A stretch of 60,706 bases of DNA, the filler included. It is 5 parts of 5 records of this genome, joined end to end, with 100 filler letters (N's around TTAATTAATTAA, not from the genome) between each part and the next. Parts side by side here need not be neighbours in the genome. Positions count along the whole stretch, not along the records: positions 34,964 to 48,597 come from SRR31156797_2343; positions 48,698 to 55,172 come from SRR31156797_2357; 3 more parts are not named here. The stretch is one strand, 5' to 3'. Both the position numbers and the translations under genes were made by a program. The notes under the pieces are model-generated. The model was not told the origin of the DNA. It made no database searches and saw only the letters and a program-made list of their open reading frames with translations. This document shows, piece after piece, positions 39,701 through 49,578 of the stretch; position 1 is the first letter of the stretch, and every line of letters begins with the position of its first letter.

Positions 39701-40923
39701 ATTGAGCTCGATTGATAGCTTAGGTTCTGATGAACGTAGGATATAGGATCAATATTTTTTACTAAATTAAAATGATCTTCAGATTTTTGATAAATTTTTA
39801 ATTCGTGAGTAGTACCAACTAATAAATTATTGTCAAGCTGAGCTACTGACCTAACCGGCCTGTATTTATATGATCCATTTGTTTTTGCATCCGTTAATAC
39901 TGTATTTACGCCAGTGTTTACAATGGAAGTATAATTGATGTACTCTGTTCCAACCCATAATATCCCTGAATTGTCTATGAATAAAGCAGAAATGTTGTTT
40001 CCTGAAATGCTTTTGGGTTTGTTTGAGTCATGTTGAAAGCTTTCGTATTTTGCTTTTGAGGGAAGTTTGCTTTGTTCTTCAGAACTCAATAAACAAATTC
40101 CTGCATCCCAGGTTCCACACCATATGTTTGAATTAGAATCAATAAATAACTTGACAATGGCATTGGAGGGTAGTGATTCATGATTATAGTGTTGAATATT
40201 TAATTTGTTTAATTCTTCATCGAAATAGAATTTACTTAAGCCACCTCCCCAACTAGATAACCATAATGTACCATCTTTTGCTTTTTTTATCTGAGTAATT
40301 GTATTGTGAGGGATTGATGAATTGGGGTTGTTTGAGTTTGACCAAAATCTTTTATATTGGTTAGATGAATAATCAAACTTGATAAGGCCACTGTATGAGG
40401 CTAACCAAACGTTTTTATTATTGTCTTCGCAAATATCACTTATGGTTTCGTTACCAAAGAAGTGATCAATTTTTTTAGTAGTAGGATTTAATATGTACAA
40501 ACCTCCGTCAGTAGTTCCAACCCAGATATATCCGTTACTGTCTTCGTTTAATGCAATTATCCGAAACTGAAAGCTGAATGAAGTCATTTTACCGGTTTTC
40601 GGATTCAAACAATTTAATCCAGATGTTGTACCTATCCATATGTTTTCTTTGCTGTCTTCATATAGTGCAACAACTTCTCTGTTGGTTAAAGTTGTAGAAT
40701 CTTTAAAATTCGGAATATACTTTTTGCATTGGTACCCATCATATCGGTTTAGTCCGTTCCAAGTACCAATCCAGATGTAGCCTTTTTTATCTTGAATAAT
40801 TGCATTAGCACGATTTGATGTAAAGCCATCATCCATTGAAAGCTGCTCGAAGTCAAGATTTCGTTGTGCGTAGGAAAGGGTGGCTGTCAAAAGAACGAGT
40901 AAAAGAAGTATGAAACGATACAT
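36781..40923 (-). CDS. Hybrid two-component system (beta-propeller/Y_Y_Y sensor, HisKA, receiver, AraC HTH)
   Basis: IWIGT..GL propeller repeats, YTNIPPG.YTF.V, THEFRTPLTLI, DVMMP, VGFSSPSYFSRCFK. Confidence 0.95.
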   Translation of the reverse strand: MYRFILLLLVLLTATLSYAQRNLDFEQLSMDDGFTSNRANAIIQDKKGYIWIGTWNGLNRYDGYQCKKYIPNFKDSTTLTNREVVALYEDSKENIWIGTTSGLNCLNPKTGKMTSFSFQFRIIALNEDSNGYIWVGTTDGGLYILNPTTKKIDHFFGNETISDICEDNNKNVWLASYSGLIKFDYSSNQYKRFWSNSNNPNSSIPHNTITQIKKAKDGTLWLSSWGGGLSKFYFDEELNKLNIQHYNHESLPSNAIVKLFIDSNSNIWCGTWDAGICLLSSEEQSKLPSKAKYESFQHDSNKPKSISGNNISALFIDNSGILWVGTEYINYTSIVNTGVNTVLTDAKTNGSYKYRPVRSVAQLDNNLLVGTTHELKIYQKSEDHFNLVKNIDPISYVHQNLSYQSSSILSMVKNNDGLWVATDDAGLLLFPNNNLLKQNTPNYIYFNASTTPRIPGNKVTSLVVSKNTSNTIWLGTLQNGVASLHYKDKQASTKIITRGETNRDLSDNNIRALLEDKDGLVWIGTQNGLNCYNPKTQNIQKFFHSFTDTLSINDNVINCIFEDSSGNLWVGSNSGLNKKIEIQLPNGERQIRFKNYSSLKRVGNNVITNILEDNFGLLWIKPYRGLVKFNPQSERVIKDYLTKEYLKLAIERNCAVSMKDGTLVLGGNKGFIYFHPDSVFKQSSPPSPCITDFMIFNNSIHELESGIPKDSTYRTMPYKDEIHLSFNDKVLTIMFSAMDYKDPDKNRYAYFLDGYDKMWNEVGSRNTATYTNIPPGNYTFHVKAANSDGVWSHQSTSVKIIIASPWWKTIWAYIAYAFIIVSIMYFFKRYSIIGIKEKGQIMLESLKVEKEHKLNELKTLFFTDITHEFRTPLTLIQGPAEDLLSQKEVSPHITKQAELILKNTTKLLRLVNQLMDFRKIDKGKMEIFLQHCNVTAILNDLYESYIKMAHSRSIAFKVKLSQPAIDIYADSEKIEKILFNLVSNAFKYTDDGGTVSVHAALEYTEKYGEALVIEVEDDGIGIAEQHHEKVFERFYQTHQKSTHSTGGIGLYLSKTFVEQHGGIIELQSELGKGTIFKVVIPANINQLNTLNVDGKQKEDSNDDENLTNIELSEKTKRNTAGEFNPDEKFKVLVVEDDSDLNDFIITGLSAEYNTIGVFNGKEGFEQAKSFNPDIIITDVMMPELNGFDLVKLLREDIGTSHIPVIFLTAKTLAEYEIKGLELGAVDYIFKPFHLKALKLRIFNVLSSRKDIQHKLKKEILLEPEKIELSSLDEKVLKDAVDAVNKHIDDPTFDVEKFSEVIGLSANQAYRKIKALTGQTVKEFIRNQRLKTAASLLVQNKRSISEVIYMVGFSSPSYFSRCFKDFYNCTPKEYIAKHNKN

Positions 40924-41114
40924 ATTTGTTACGGCTAATTTTATTAATTACAATTATACGTTAACAATGGTTTTAAGTTTTAAAAAGTAGATTTTTCGAT
41001 TTTAATGGTAAAAAAACAAAATAATAAGCAAAAAATAACATCTTTTTAAAAATTAAAATAGCTCTATTAGCAATAAAGCTTATAGAGCTATGAAATTTTA
41101 TTTATGAAAAAACT

Positions 41115-44100
41115 CTATTTCTTTATAATTTTAATTGTAGAGGTTATTGAATTGCTAATAATATTTAAAATATAAATACCTTGTTCAAGTTGGGTACCAA
41201 TAAGTTTGTTATTATTTGCTATTCCTTCTTCAATAATTTTTCCTTCTATGCTAACGATTTTGTATGAGAATTCATCAGTACAGTTTACCTGAAAAGATGA
41301 TGAGAAAGGATTTGGGAAAGTAGAAATAACTTTACTTTCAAAAGGATTTTGTTCTACTGTATTAGGAATATCAATATCCACTGTATAATGAGGAACAATT
41401 ATTTTTCCACTAAGATCGCTATGAGCTAAGGCAAAAGAAAGTATGTTTTCTTCAAGTAGCATTTCCTTATCAAGAATACCTTCAGCAACAGCTTTACCAT
41501 CTTGAGAAATGTCAAACTCATACCAAGTTGCCCAATCTTCATTAGCTTTAGCTGTATATACTCTATAATCAGGACCAAGAACATAAAGGTTATCTGCAGC
41601 ATCTATGGCAATATCCCCGCGATCAATTCTGGATTCAGCAATAATATCATTTTGCCATACACCATCATCATCCTGGTAAATATGTCTCATATAAGCGTTT
41701 ACTCTTCTGTTATACCAATCACTTTGGGTAACGCCATCTTTTAGATAAGACTGTAAAATATGGATTTTACCATTACTATCAACTGTTTGACCTTCCTGAT
41801 TGATCAAACCTCTGTTTTGAGCAACACTTAGAATTTGAAAGCCTTCAGAATATAAATTAAGTAGTTGGCTAACATCACTACTTCCGGTAGTTCCAATTAA
41901 TGTACCAGCTGTGTTATACCACGTTCTACCGTCATCATCACTGTAGGCATAACAAATATCATGATTAGTATTGGCATCTGGAGAATCCCTCCAAACCAAT
42001 GAAACGTGAAGTCTGGTTCCTCCTGGTGTATAATGCAATCCATTGATGTATCCGCAATTATCAACATATCCGGTTGGCATACCATCTGCTCTTCCATGCA
42101 AATATTCACCAATATAAGTCCATGTACCGTTAGATCCGATATACTCCCATAAGTGTGAGTTTCCATCACCACTCCAGCCTGTTCTGCACTCGAATAACAT
42201 ATCGCCATTTGGTTTGGTGATAAAACGCGGATAAGTAACTGCTCCTGCAAAATTAGTTTCTGTCATAGCCTGACCTGAAACTAAATAATCTTGAGTGTCT
42301 GAAAAAGACGCTGAAGACCAATTCGCATTATCAGGATCATTAGTCAAATCTACTGTAGAATATCGATAATGGAAAGGATCATTATGATGATCGAAAGCAA
42401 TATGAATCGTACCATTTGATTTACAAATTCCAAAAGAAATGTTGTAGTGATTATCACTTAAATCATAAGGTGATGTATAACCTTCCAACGCAATTGTTTC
42501 CCATTTGCCATCAGGCAATTTTTTACGGGATAAACATACTTTTTTTGCCTTATTCCAGAAGGTAATATATTGATATCCATTGTAGGTAGTTATAGCATTT
42601 TGTTGGAATGAAACAAAGTTGGTTCCACTCTCAGATACAAACCCATCACCTGTTACAATATCAAAAATGCCTTCTCCTTCTATTTCATCATCACATGTAT
42701 CACCAATTCCGTCAAAGTCTGCATCTTCTTGCTCTGGATTATAGCTTTCTATACAATTATCAATCATGTCGATAATACCGTCTTCATCAGAGTCGCTTAA
42801 AGAATAAGATGTAACGTATGTGCCACCTGTAATTGTACCATTGTGTCCGCTAACTAAGTCTGTTGCCGTTGCTGACTGATCATCAAAGTTGTAGTATGCT
42901 AGCAAGTTTTCTTCAGTTCCACTTGCCTCAATATACATATAAGATGTAATTTCCTCTTCAGTGCGCGCAGCATTCCAAATTCTAACTTCATCCATTAGTC
43001 CTTTAAATGCACGATCGCTTCCTTGATCATCCCATCCTAAATAAAGAGAACCAGAAGCCCAATTAATAGCATTAAATGTTTCGGTTTCTGATAATGGATT
43101 TCCGTTTAAATAAACGGTGCGGGAAGTACTTGTCATTACTACAGCGAGATGATTCCATTTACCAGGAGTGACTACACCAACGGTAGTAGGTTGCGCATAC
43201 TGATCACCTCCATTAGCCATAAAACGAATGTAGTTTGCTCCACCGGAATACCAGTATGAAGCATATTCTAATCCTGTATTTGTAGTGCCGTTATAAAATA
43301 AACCGGAATTCCAGGTTTGAGTTCCATCTGGTTTTATCCACATTTCTATGGTAAAAGGTAAAGTAGTTAAATCCAAACCAGAAATATCTATGTTACTATT
43401 ATTTCCATCGGATCCAGGGAAGGATATGGCATAGTTATCATTTTCAATTACAAAGTCATCGCATACATCGCCAATACCATCGTTATCAATATCAGCTTGA
43501 TCTGGATTGGCCATGGTAGGACAATTATCAATGATATAAGGAACGCCATCAGCATCATCATCAGAAATATCAAATGAAGCAACATAAGTTCCGCCATTAA
43601 TAGTTCCATGATATGCATTAGCTGTTAAATCAGTTGCGGTTTCTGCCTGGTCATCGAAATTCCAATAGCCAACTAATCCACTTTCATCTCCATTTAATGT
43701 CTGGTATTTGTAATCATTTATTTCTTCAGCAGTACGTGCGGTATTCCAAATTCTAATTTCATCAAATAAACCAGAGATAGTTCGGTCTGCAACAGCGGCG
43801 TCCCATCCAATGTATACACCGTCATCAAACGTAAAAGGGGAACTACTTATGTTGGATGTAGTTGCAACACCATTAATATATAGTGTCATCGAGGTTGAAG
43901 TAACTACATATGCAATATGGTTCCATTCGTTTAACGTAGGTTCATTACTGGCAACGATTTGACTTGCATCCGGATTTATTCCTCTTAAAGTTTTGTCGTT
44001 GGTCCATTTGTCATACTGAATTCCTCCATTCGTTGTCCCTCGATAATACAGGACAGCTCCATATGCGTTATAAGCAGTTGGTTTGTACCATGCCTCAATG

Positions 44101-44264
44101 GTTATAGGTAGTTCAGATAAGTTTAAGGCAGGTAAAGAAATATTGCTAACACTTCCATCCGATCCTCCGGGAAGACTAATGGCATAGTTCTGAGCATTTA
44201 ATAAAGTAGGCAATGTTATTCCTAAAAAGAATACCCATATACCTATGAATGTTTTTTTGATCAT
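41115..44264 (-). CDS. T9SS-secreted protein: 2x(LamG + thrombospondin type-3 repeat) + BNR_4 beta-propeller (PL42/GH145-like) + CTD
   Basis: WNH.A.V...LY.NG and DE.RIWN.AR LamG motifs twice; DNC...NPDQ.D.D.DGIGD.CD twice; SFQQNAITT..GYQY, DNHYNIS.GI..GTIH.AFDHH, TYPRF; FPNPF..GIY C-terminus. Confidence 0.8.
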   Translation of the reverse strand: MIKKTFIGIWVFFLGITLPTLLNAQNYAISLPGGSDGSVSNISLPALNLSELPITIEAWYKPTAYNAYGAVLYYRGTTNGGIQYDKWTNDKTLRGINPDASQIVASNEPTLNEWNHIAYVVTSTSMTLYINGVATTSNISSSPFTFDDGVYIGWDAAVADRTISGLFDEIRIWNTARTAEEINDYKYQTLNGDESGLVGYWNFDDQAETATDLTANAYHGTINGGTYVASFDISDDDADGVPYIIDNCPTMANPDQADIDNDGIGDVCDDFVIENDNYAISFPGSDGNNSNIDISGLDLTTLPFTIEMWIKPDGTQTWNSGLFYNGTTNTGLEYASYWYSGGANYIRFMANGGDQYAQPTTVGVVTPGKWNHLAVVMTSTSRTVYLNGNPLSETETFNAINWASGSLYLGWDDQGSDRAFKGLMDEVRIWNAARTEEEITSYMYIEASGTEENLLAYYNFDDQSATATDLVSGHNGTITGGTYVTSYSLSDSDEDGIIDMIDNCIESYNPEQEDADFDGIGDTCDDEIEGEGIFDIVTGDGFVSESGTNFVSFQQNAITTYNGYQYITFWNKAKKVCLSRKKLPDGKWETIALEGYTSPYDLSDNHYNISFGICKSNGTIHIAFDHHNDPFHYRYSTVDLTNDPDNANWSSASFSDTQDYLVSGQAMTETNFAGAVTYPRFITKPNGDMLFECRTGWSGDGNSHLWEYIGSNGTWTYIGEYLHGRADGMPTGYVDNCGYINGLHYTPGGTRLHVSLVWRDSPDANTNHDICYAYSDDDGRTWYNTAGTLIGTTGSSDVSQLLNLYSEGFQILSVAQNRGLINQEGQTVDSNGKIHILQSYLKDGVTQSDWYNRRVNAYMRHIYQDDDGVWQNDIIAESRIDRGDIAIDAADNLYVLGPDYRVYTAKANEDWATWYEFDISQDGKAVAEGILDKEMLLEENILSFALAHSDLSGKIIVPHYTVDIDIPNTVEQNPFESKVISTFPNPFSSSFQVNCTDEFSYKIVSIEGKIIEEGIANNNKLIGTQLEQGIYILNIISNSITSTIKIIKK

Positions 44265-44665
44265 GTTGTAAAATTTAGTTCTTTAGCCAATCTGTTTTTT
44301 AATCAAACAAATTTAAAATATGTAAGAGCTTGATTAGGTCAATATTTAAAGAATTTGTATTAACTTTTCGATTGACCTTGATAATACGAGAAGTAAGTTG
44401 AGGCATTAAAATTGTTGTTTGAAATAGGAGAAATTTAATTTGTTTGCTTTAGTTTTGCACGATTTTTAATGTTTTAAGGTACTTTATCAATGTATAATTA
44501 GTATCTGCTAAGTACATTGCATTTGTTAATAAATCGACAATTAGTATTAATTTTTTAAAGAGATTTTGGAATAGCGAATATTTTGAGAGTTCTAAGATAT
44601 AGAAGTTATAATTTAGGGCTTTCGTTTAAAAAGAAATATAATTTTATAAATAAAATAAGAGTAAA

Positions 44666-45532
44666 ATGAAAAGATTGTTTTTCACATTTTTATTATTGAG
44701 CGGATTTGTAATGGTGAGTTTTGCTCAGGATTTAGGACCGGAATTAACGAAAGTTAAAAGGTTAATTATGGACAAGAATTTTGAAGGAGCCTTGATTGAA
44801 AGTAAAGGTTTAATTGAGGCAGAGGGTACAGATTCTTTAAATCTTTCGATGGCATTTAGTTATGCTGGAATTGCCAGTCAGGAGTTGGGTAAATCTGCTG
44901 AAGCTATTTCGTTTTATAAAAATGCTTTGTTATATAAGGTACCTAGATTGGATATCTATGATATGATGATTAGTTTAACAAGTAGTGTTAGTGATAATGA
45001 GGGATATGAATTTGCATTACTTCAGAAGTTGGATGCGTTCCCTGAGTTTGAAGCTGAAGTGCAGCAAAGGTTGGCATCGCACTATCTGAAAACTAAAAAA
45101 TATGATAGTTTATTAGAAACAAGTACGCGTTTAACAGAGTTGAACGCTGGAGATTATACTGGCTTTTATTATAAGGCAGTGGCGTATCAAAAGCTTAAGA
45201 AAATTAAAGAAGCGCAAGTAGAGTTTAAAAAAGTATTAGAGTTAGATCCTGATCACTTAAACTCAAATCTTGGTTTAGGAATGATTTTGTATAAAACTGC
45301 CAGTGCTACATATAATGCTAAAAAGAAAAAGTATGAGGCGTTAAAATCACCATCAAGATTGGACTACGATAATTATAGAAAATCTCTTGAAAGCAGTAAA
45401 GTAGTATATTCTGAGGCATTAAAATATATATTAAAGGCTTATGAATTAAAGCCAAAGGATAACCTGAAACCTGTTATTGCAAATATTTATACACGTTTAG
45501 GTGAAAAGGAAAAAGCGGCAAAATATATGTAG
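44666..45532 (+). CDS. Secreted TPR protein
   Basis: Signal peptide; YYKAVAY..L....EA...FKKVLELDP TPR units. Confidence 0.8.
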   Translation: MKRLFFTFLLLSGFVMVSFAQDLGPELTKVKRLIMDKNFEGALIESKGLIEAEGTDSLNLSMAFSYAGIASQELGKSAEAISFYKNALLYKVPRLDIYDMMISLTSSVSDNEGYEFALLQKLDAFPEFEAEVQQRLASHYLKTKKYDSLLETSTRLTELNAGDYTGFYYKAVAYQKLKKIKEAQVEFKKVLELDPDHLNSNLGLGMILYKTASATYNAKKKKYEALKSPSRLDYDNYRKSLESSKVVYSEALKYILKAYELKPKDNLKPVIANIYTRLGEKEKAAKYM

Positions 45533-45551
45533 TTTTTAATACGTAATTTAT

Positions 45552-45593
45552 TTAAAGAAAGGGGTTATTAATTATAATAACCCCTTTCTTTAA
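45552..45593 (+). terminator. Intrinsic terminator after the TPR gene
   Basis: AAAGAAAGGGGTTATTA...TAATAACCCCTTTCTTT long perfect hairpin. Confidence 0.8.
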
Positions 45594-45824
45594 TTTTAAG
45601 TAATTGAGTGAAATAATGTATTTAGTTTTTAAATAGTGTTTACTGCGAAATAATGATTAAAGGTGGTTGAAATGAGGATGTTGTGCATTTTTTTGGTTGT
45701 AAGGAGTTTTTGTAGAAGTAGGATTTGTGATAGAATAAGTATGATTTGTTAAAAATATAAAATAAAGCTTTAAGTACTTTTAAAGCGTAAATTTCAGGGG
45801 AGTATTAATTGTTTAAAAAATCTA

Positions 45825-48551
45825 ATGATGAATAAATTTTTACGCAAGTTTGATTTTAAAGTAAAGACATTTAAAATGGTGATGTCTTTATTTATTGTGA
45901 TGTTGGTGTTTCCTTCTTTTATGATAGGAGCAGAGCAGGAGTTTGTAACAAGCCTAACAGACGAAACCAGAGAATTAAATGCAGCCTATGAATTGCATAT
46001 TACAGCAGAATCAGATCCAATTACGAATAGTACTGTTTCTTTAAATCATGAAGATGCATGGTTGTTTTTCGATAATATTAAACCTTCAGAAGTAGTTGCT
46101 AATTACCTTAGTAATGTATTAGTGAATGGAGAAGCGTTCGTTAAAGGTACGAACGGTAGGGTGGCTATATATGCACATGGTACAGTTTTAATGCCACATT
46201 CTTCCAGTTTTAAACCATTAACAGTTTATACTGAGGAAGATTTTGGTGGAGAATCTGCGCAATATGGTTTGCATACTTATTATACAAGTTTAGGGACTAA
46301 AGATAATGCGATTAAATCTTTTAAACTGAAAAGAGGTTATATGGCAACGTTAGCTAACAATTCGGATGGATCAGGTTATAGTCGTGTTTTTATTGCTGAT
46401 GAAAATGATCTTGAGTTTTCTGTTGCACCAGATAAATTATATGGTAATGTTTCTTTTATTCGTGTTTTTAAGCATCAATGGGTTACCAAAAAAGGAAAAG
46501 CAGGTTGGGATCCAAATATTTTAAATTGTACAACTTATTATGACTGGAATGTTGGAGGAAGTTCAAGTGATGATATAGAATATGCTGTAATACGTCAGAA
46601 TGGAGGATGGCCTTCTTGGACGGATATTAACAATAAACAAAATGTAACACACTTATTAGGTTTTAATGAACCAGATAGACCTGATCAATCAGACATGACT
46701 TATGATGAAGTATTGAGTCAATGGCCTTCTTATATGAATTCAGGATTAAGAATTGGTTCTCCTGCATGGTCAAGTGCTTGGACTCAGATTGGAGATGGAG
46801 AAGGAAATTTATTTGATTTTGTTAATAAGTGTGATGAGCTAAATTATCGTCTTGATTTTGTGGCATTACATTGTTATTGGGAAGCAAAGTCTCCTGCCAG
46901 TTGGTATAGTGATTTAAAGTATATTCATGAACAAACAGGCCGACCAATATGGATTACAGAGTGGAATAACGGAGCAAACTGGACAACTGAAACATGGCCA
47001 GGAGGAGATCGAAGCTATAACGATGCGAATGCACAAGAACAGCTAAATGATATAATGGGGATTCTTGAAGTATTTGATACGGCTCATTTTATTGAGCGTT
47101 ATTTTATCTATGATTGGGTAGAGGATTGTAGAGCAATGGTATTAAATGATGAACTTACATTAGCTGGGGAATACTATGCAGCGAATAAATCAGAGATTGC
47201 TTATAGTAGTATCAATGAAGTAATTCCGCATTGGAATTATACAGAGCCAAGTTTAGCATATAGATATTTAACTGCATCAAAAACTATTAGGCTTGCCATG
47301 ACAGATGAAAATGGTGAATTGAGCAAGAGTCATAGAATAGAAAAAAAGGTTAATGATGGAGATTACGAAATTATTTACGAAAGTGCAGATTTAAGTAATG
47401 CTGTTTATCTAGACCAATTGGATGCAAGTATTAGCGGTGCTGTAACCTACAGATTTAGTATTGAAACAAGTGATGGGACATTTCTAAAATCAGATGAGGT
47501 AACATATTTTCAATCAGGAGGAGAAGATGTGCAGTTGGCTAATTTAAAAGTAAATGAACCTGAATGGTATACTTGTTTATTCTCTAAAAAATATGATGCA
47601 GCGCCTTTAGCTTTAATAGGAATGCCATCATTTAGTAATGTAGTTGCTTTGTCTAAAAGGGCAAATACTGTTTCAACAACCAGTTTTAAATTCATTCTTG
47701 ATCCATGGGATTATATAAGTAATCCAACATTTAGTACTACTGATGATTTATCAATTATGGCATTGCCAGCCGGTGTTTACGATTTTGAAGGACTTAAGGG
47801 GATTGCAGCACAGGTTACTTCAATAGCTCGTGATTGGGTTGCTGTATCTTTTGAAGAAACTTTTGAAGAAATTCCTGCTGTATTCTGTACACAAGCTAGT
47901 AATAGTAATTCCTATCCTACAAATGTGGCCATTAGAAATGTGACTACATCCGGATTCGAAGTTAGTATAAGAAGTGAGGAAGCTATAACTACTAGTATGA
48001 TTGGAGAGAAAGTGAATTATTTAGCTATTGAAATTGGTCAAGGTGCTATTGAAGGAAAAAGAGTTACTGTAGGTAAAACAGCTGAAGGTAGCGGGCTTAC
48101 CTCTTCGCCTCTGGTAGTTGAGTATGATGAAACGTATTCGGCACCTGCTTTTTTTGGAAGTTTGCAAACTGTTGCGAATGATTTTGCAAGTACTGTAAGG
48201 TATTATAAATATAGTGATAGTTCAATTAAAGTATTAAAGCAAAGAGAGATGTCTGGAGCTTTGGCTTCTATAGGTGAAGATGAATTAGCCTGGATGATTA
48301 TAGATACAGCAGCAGATCAGCCAACCGCAATTAGTAAAGCAACACTATATGATTTTGACTTTTGGCCTAATCCGACTGAGAGCGTACTAAATTTTGATTT
48401 TGATAAAATTACTTTAGTTAGTATTTATGATTTAACAGGAGCTAAAGTTTTAGAAAAAGAGGTGTCTAATAGGCTAAGTGTGGATAAAATTCCAACAGGT
48501 GTATATGTTATTAAAATTGGAAATACAATTAAAAAATTTATTAAAAAATAG
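45825..48551 (+). CDS. T9SS-secreted GH128-like (Glyco_hydro_cc) beta-1,3-glucanase with lectin-like repeats
   Basis: LLGFNEPD and PIWITEWN catalytic Glu motifs, FVALHCY; three V.F...Y...P.VF repeats; WPNPT..GVY CTD. Confidence 0.8.
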   Translation: MMNKFLRKFDFKVKTFKMVMSLFIVMLVFPSFMIGAEQEFVTSLTDETRELNAAYELHITAESDPITNSTVSLNHEDAWLFFDNIKPSEVVANYLSNVLVNGEAFVKGTNGRVAIYAHGTVLMPHSSSFKPLTVYTEEDFGGESAQYGLHTYYTSLGTKDNAIKSFKLKRGYMATLANNSDGSGYSRVFIADENDLEFSVAPDKLYGNVSFIRVFKHQWVTKKGKAGWDPNILNCTTYYDWNVGGSSSDDIEYAVIRQNGGWPSWTDINNKQNVTHLLGFNEPDRPDQSDMTYDEVLSQWPSYMNSGLRIGSPAWSSAWTQIGDGEGNLFDFVNKCDELNYRLDFVALHCYWEAKSPASWYSDLKYIHEQTGRPIWITEWNNGANWTTETWPGGDRSYNDANAQEQLNDIMGILEVFDTAHFIERYFIYDWVEDCRAMVLNDELTLAGEYYAANKSEIAYSSINEVIPHWNYTEPSLAYRYLTASKTIRLAMTDENGELSKSHRIEKKVNDGDYEIIYESADLSNAVYLDQLDASISGAVTYRFSIETSDGTFLKSDEVTYFQSGGEDVQLANLKVNEPEWYTCLFSKKYDAAPLALIGMPSFSNVVALSKRANTVSTTSFKFILDPWDYISNPTFSTTDDLSIMALPAGVYDFEGLKGIAAQVTSIARDWVAVSFEETFEEIPAVFCTQASNSNSYPTNVAIRNVTTSGFEVSIRSEEAITTSMIGEKVNYLAIEIGQGAIEGKRVTVGKTAEGSGLTSSPLVVEYDETYSAPAFFGSLQTVANDFASTVRYYKYSDSSIKVLKQREMSGALASIGEDELAWMIIDTAADQPTAISKATLYDFDFWPNPTESVLNFDFDKITLVSIYDLTGAKVLEKEVSNRLSVDKIPTGVYVIKIGNTIKKFIKK

Positions 48552-48597
48552 ATAATTATATATCTAATTTCACTAGCCTCCGGAAGTCGTAATTTTT

Positions 48598-48697
48598 NNN
48601 NNNNNNNNNNNNNNNNNNNNNNNNNNNNNNNNNNNNNNNNNTTAATTAATTAANNNNNNNNNNNNNNNNNNNNNNNNNNNNNNNNNNNNNNNNNNNN
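48598..48697. other. Artificial contig-joining spacer
   Basis: N44-TTAATTAATTAA-N44. Confidence 0.97.
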
Positions 48698-49464
48698 CCC
48701 AGGAACTCAAACTCCTGTCTGGATTCCTCATCCAGATATCCGTCGGTCACAAGGGTCGTGATTCTGTTGATCGGCGAGGTGACGAAGTCGGAAACGAGGC
48801 CTATCTTTCTGTAGTCAGCCACAACGATGATCTCTCCCCTGGTTCGCTCTATCATCAGTTTGGTCGTCTCGGCCGCCTCCTGCCGGGGGGTCGTCAATCC
48901 GCATTTGAAGCTGATGCCATGGACCCCCAGTATGGATTTGCTGGCGTTCACCTGGCTGAGAATGCCGTTGGTGAAGGTACCGGAGAAGGTGTTGTACTGG
49001 GAATCGTAGAGTCCTCCCGCCAACGTGAGCTCCACATCCGGATTCTGAACCTGACCGATGGCACCGGCGTTGGTGGTTATGACCTTCACATTCTTCTGCT
49101 CGATATACCTGAAGACGTGAAAGGTCGTTGAGCCCCCGTTGATAAAGACCGTATCCCCGTCCTCTATCAGGCGGGCCGCCTCTTTACCGATGGCGTCCTT
49201 GCTCTCCAGCTCCAGATCTGATCTGTGCTGATAGTTGATCTCTTTGTGGATCCTCCTGACCGTTATCGCTCCCCCGTGGGTTCTCTCCAGCAGGTTCTTG
49301 CTTTCCAGCAAGGCCAGGTCCCGGCGGATGGTGATCTCCGAAACATCGAACAGCCTGCCCAGGTCGGAGACCCTGACGTGGCCGTCTCTCTGGAGAAGCT
49401 CCATTGTTCTCTTTTGCCGATCCGCAAGGGATCTCACTTCCGCTGAATGATCTTTGCCGCTCAT
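48698..49464 (-). CDS. DeoR/GlpR-family transcriptional regulator (last residues cut by the gap)
   Basis: VSEITIRRDL..LE....L.RTHGGA HTH; K..IG..AA..I.DGDTVFINGGST sugar-phosphate domain. Confidence 0.93.
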
Positions 49465-49519
49465 AGGACCATTATATTTTCAATAACTCAGGAACGCAAC
49501 TGGAATAATTATAAAATGG

Positions 49520-49549
49520 TTGATAACGATCTAAAAAGGGGTATATAAT
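49520..49549 (+). promoter_or_regulatory. sigma70 promoter of the DHH-kinase operon
   Basis: TTGATA-N18-TATAAT followed by RBS GAGGAGG and a GTG start at 49579. Confidence 0.65.
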
Positions 49550-49578
49550 GATCAAAAACATTCATTGAGGAGGGAGTT

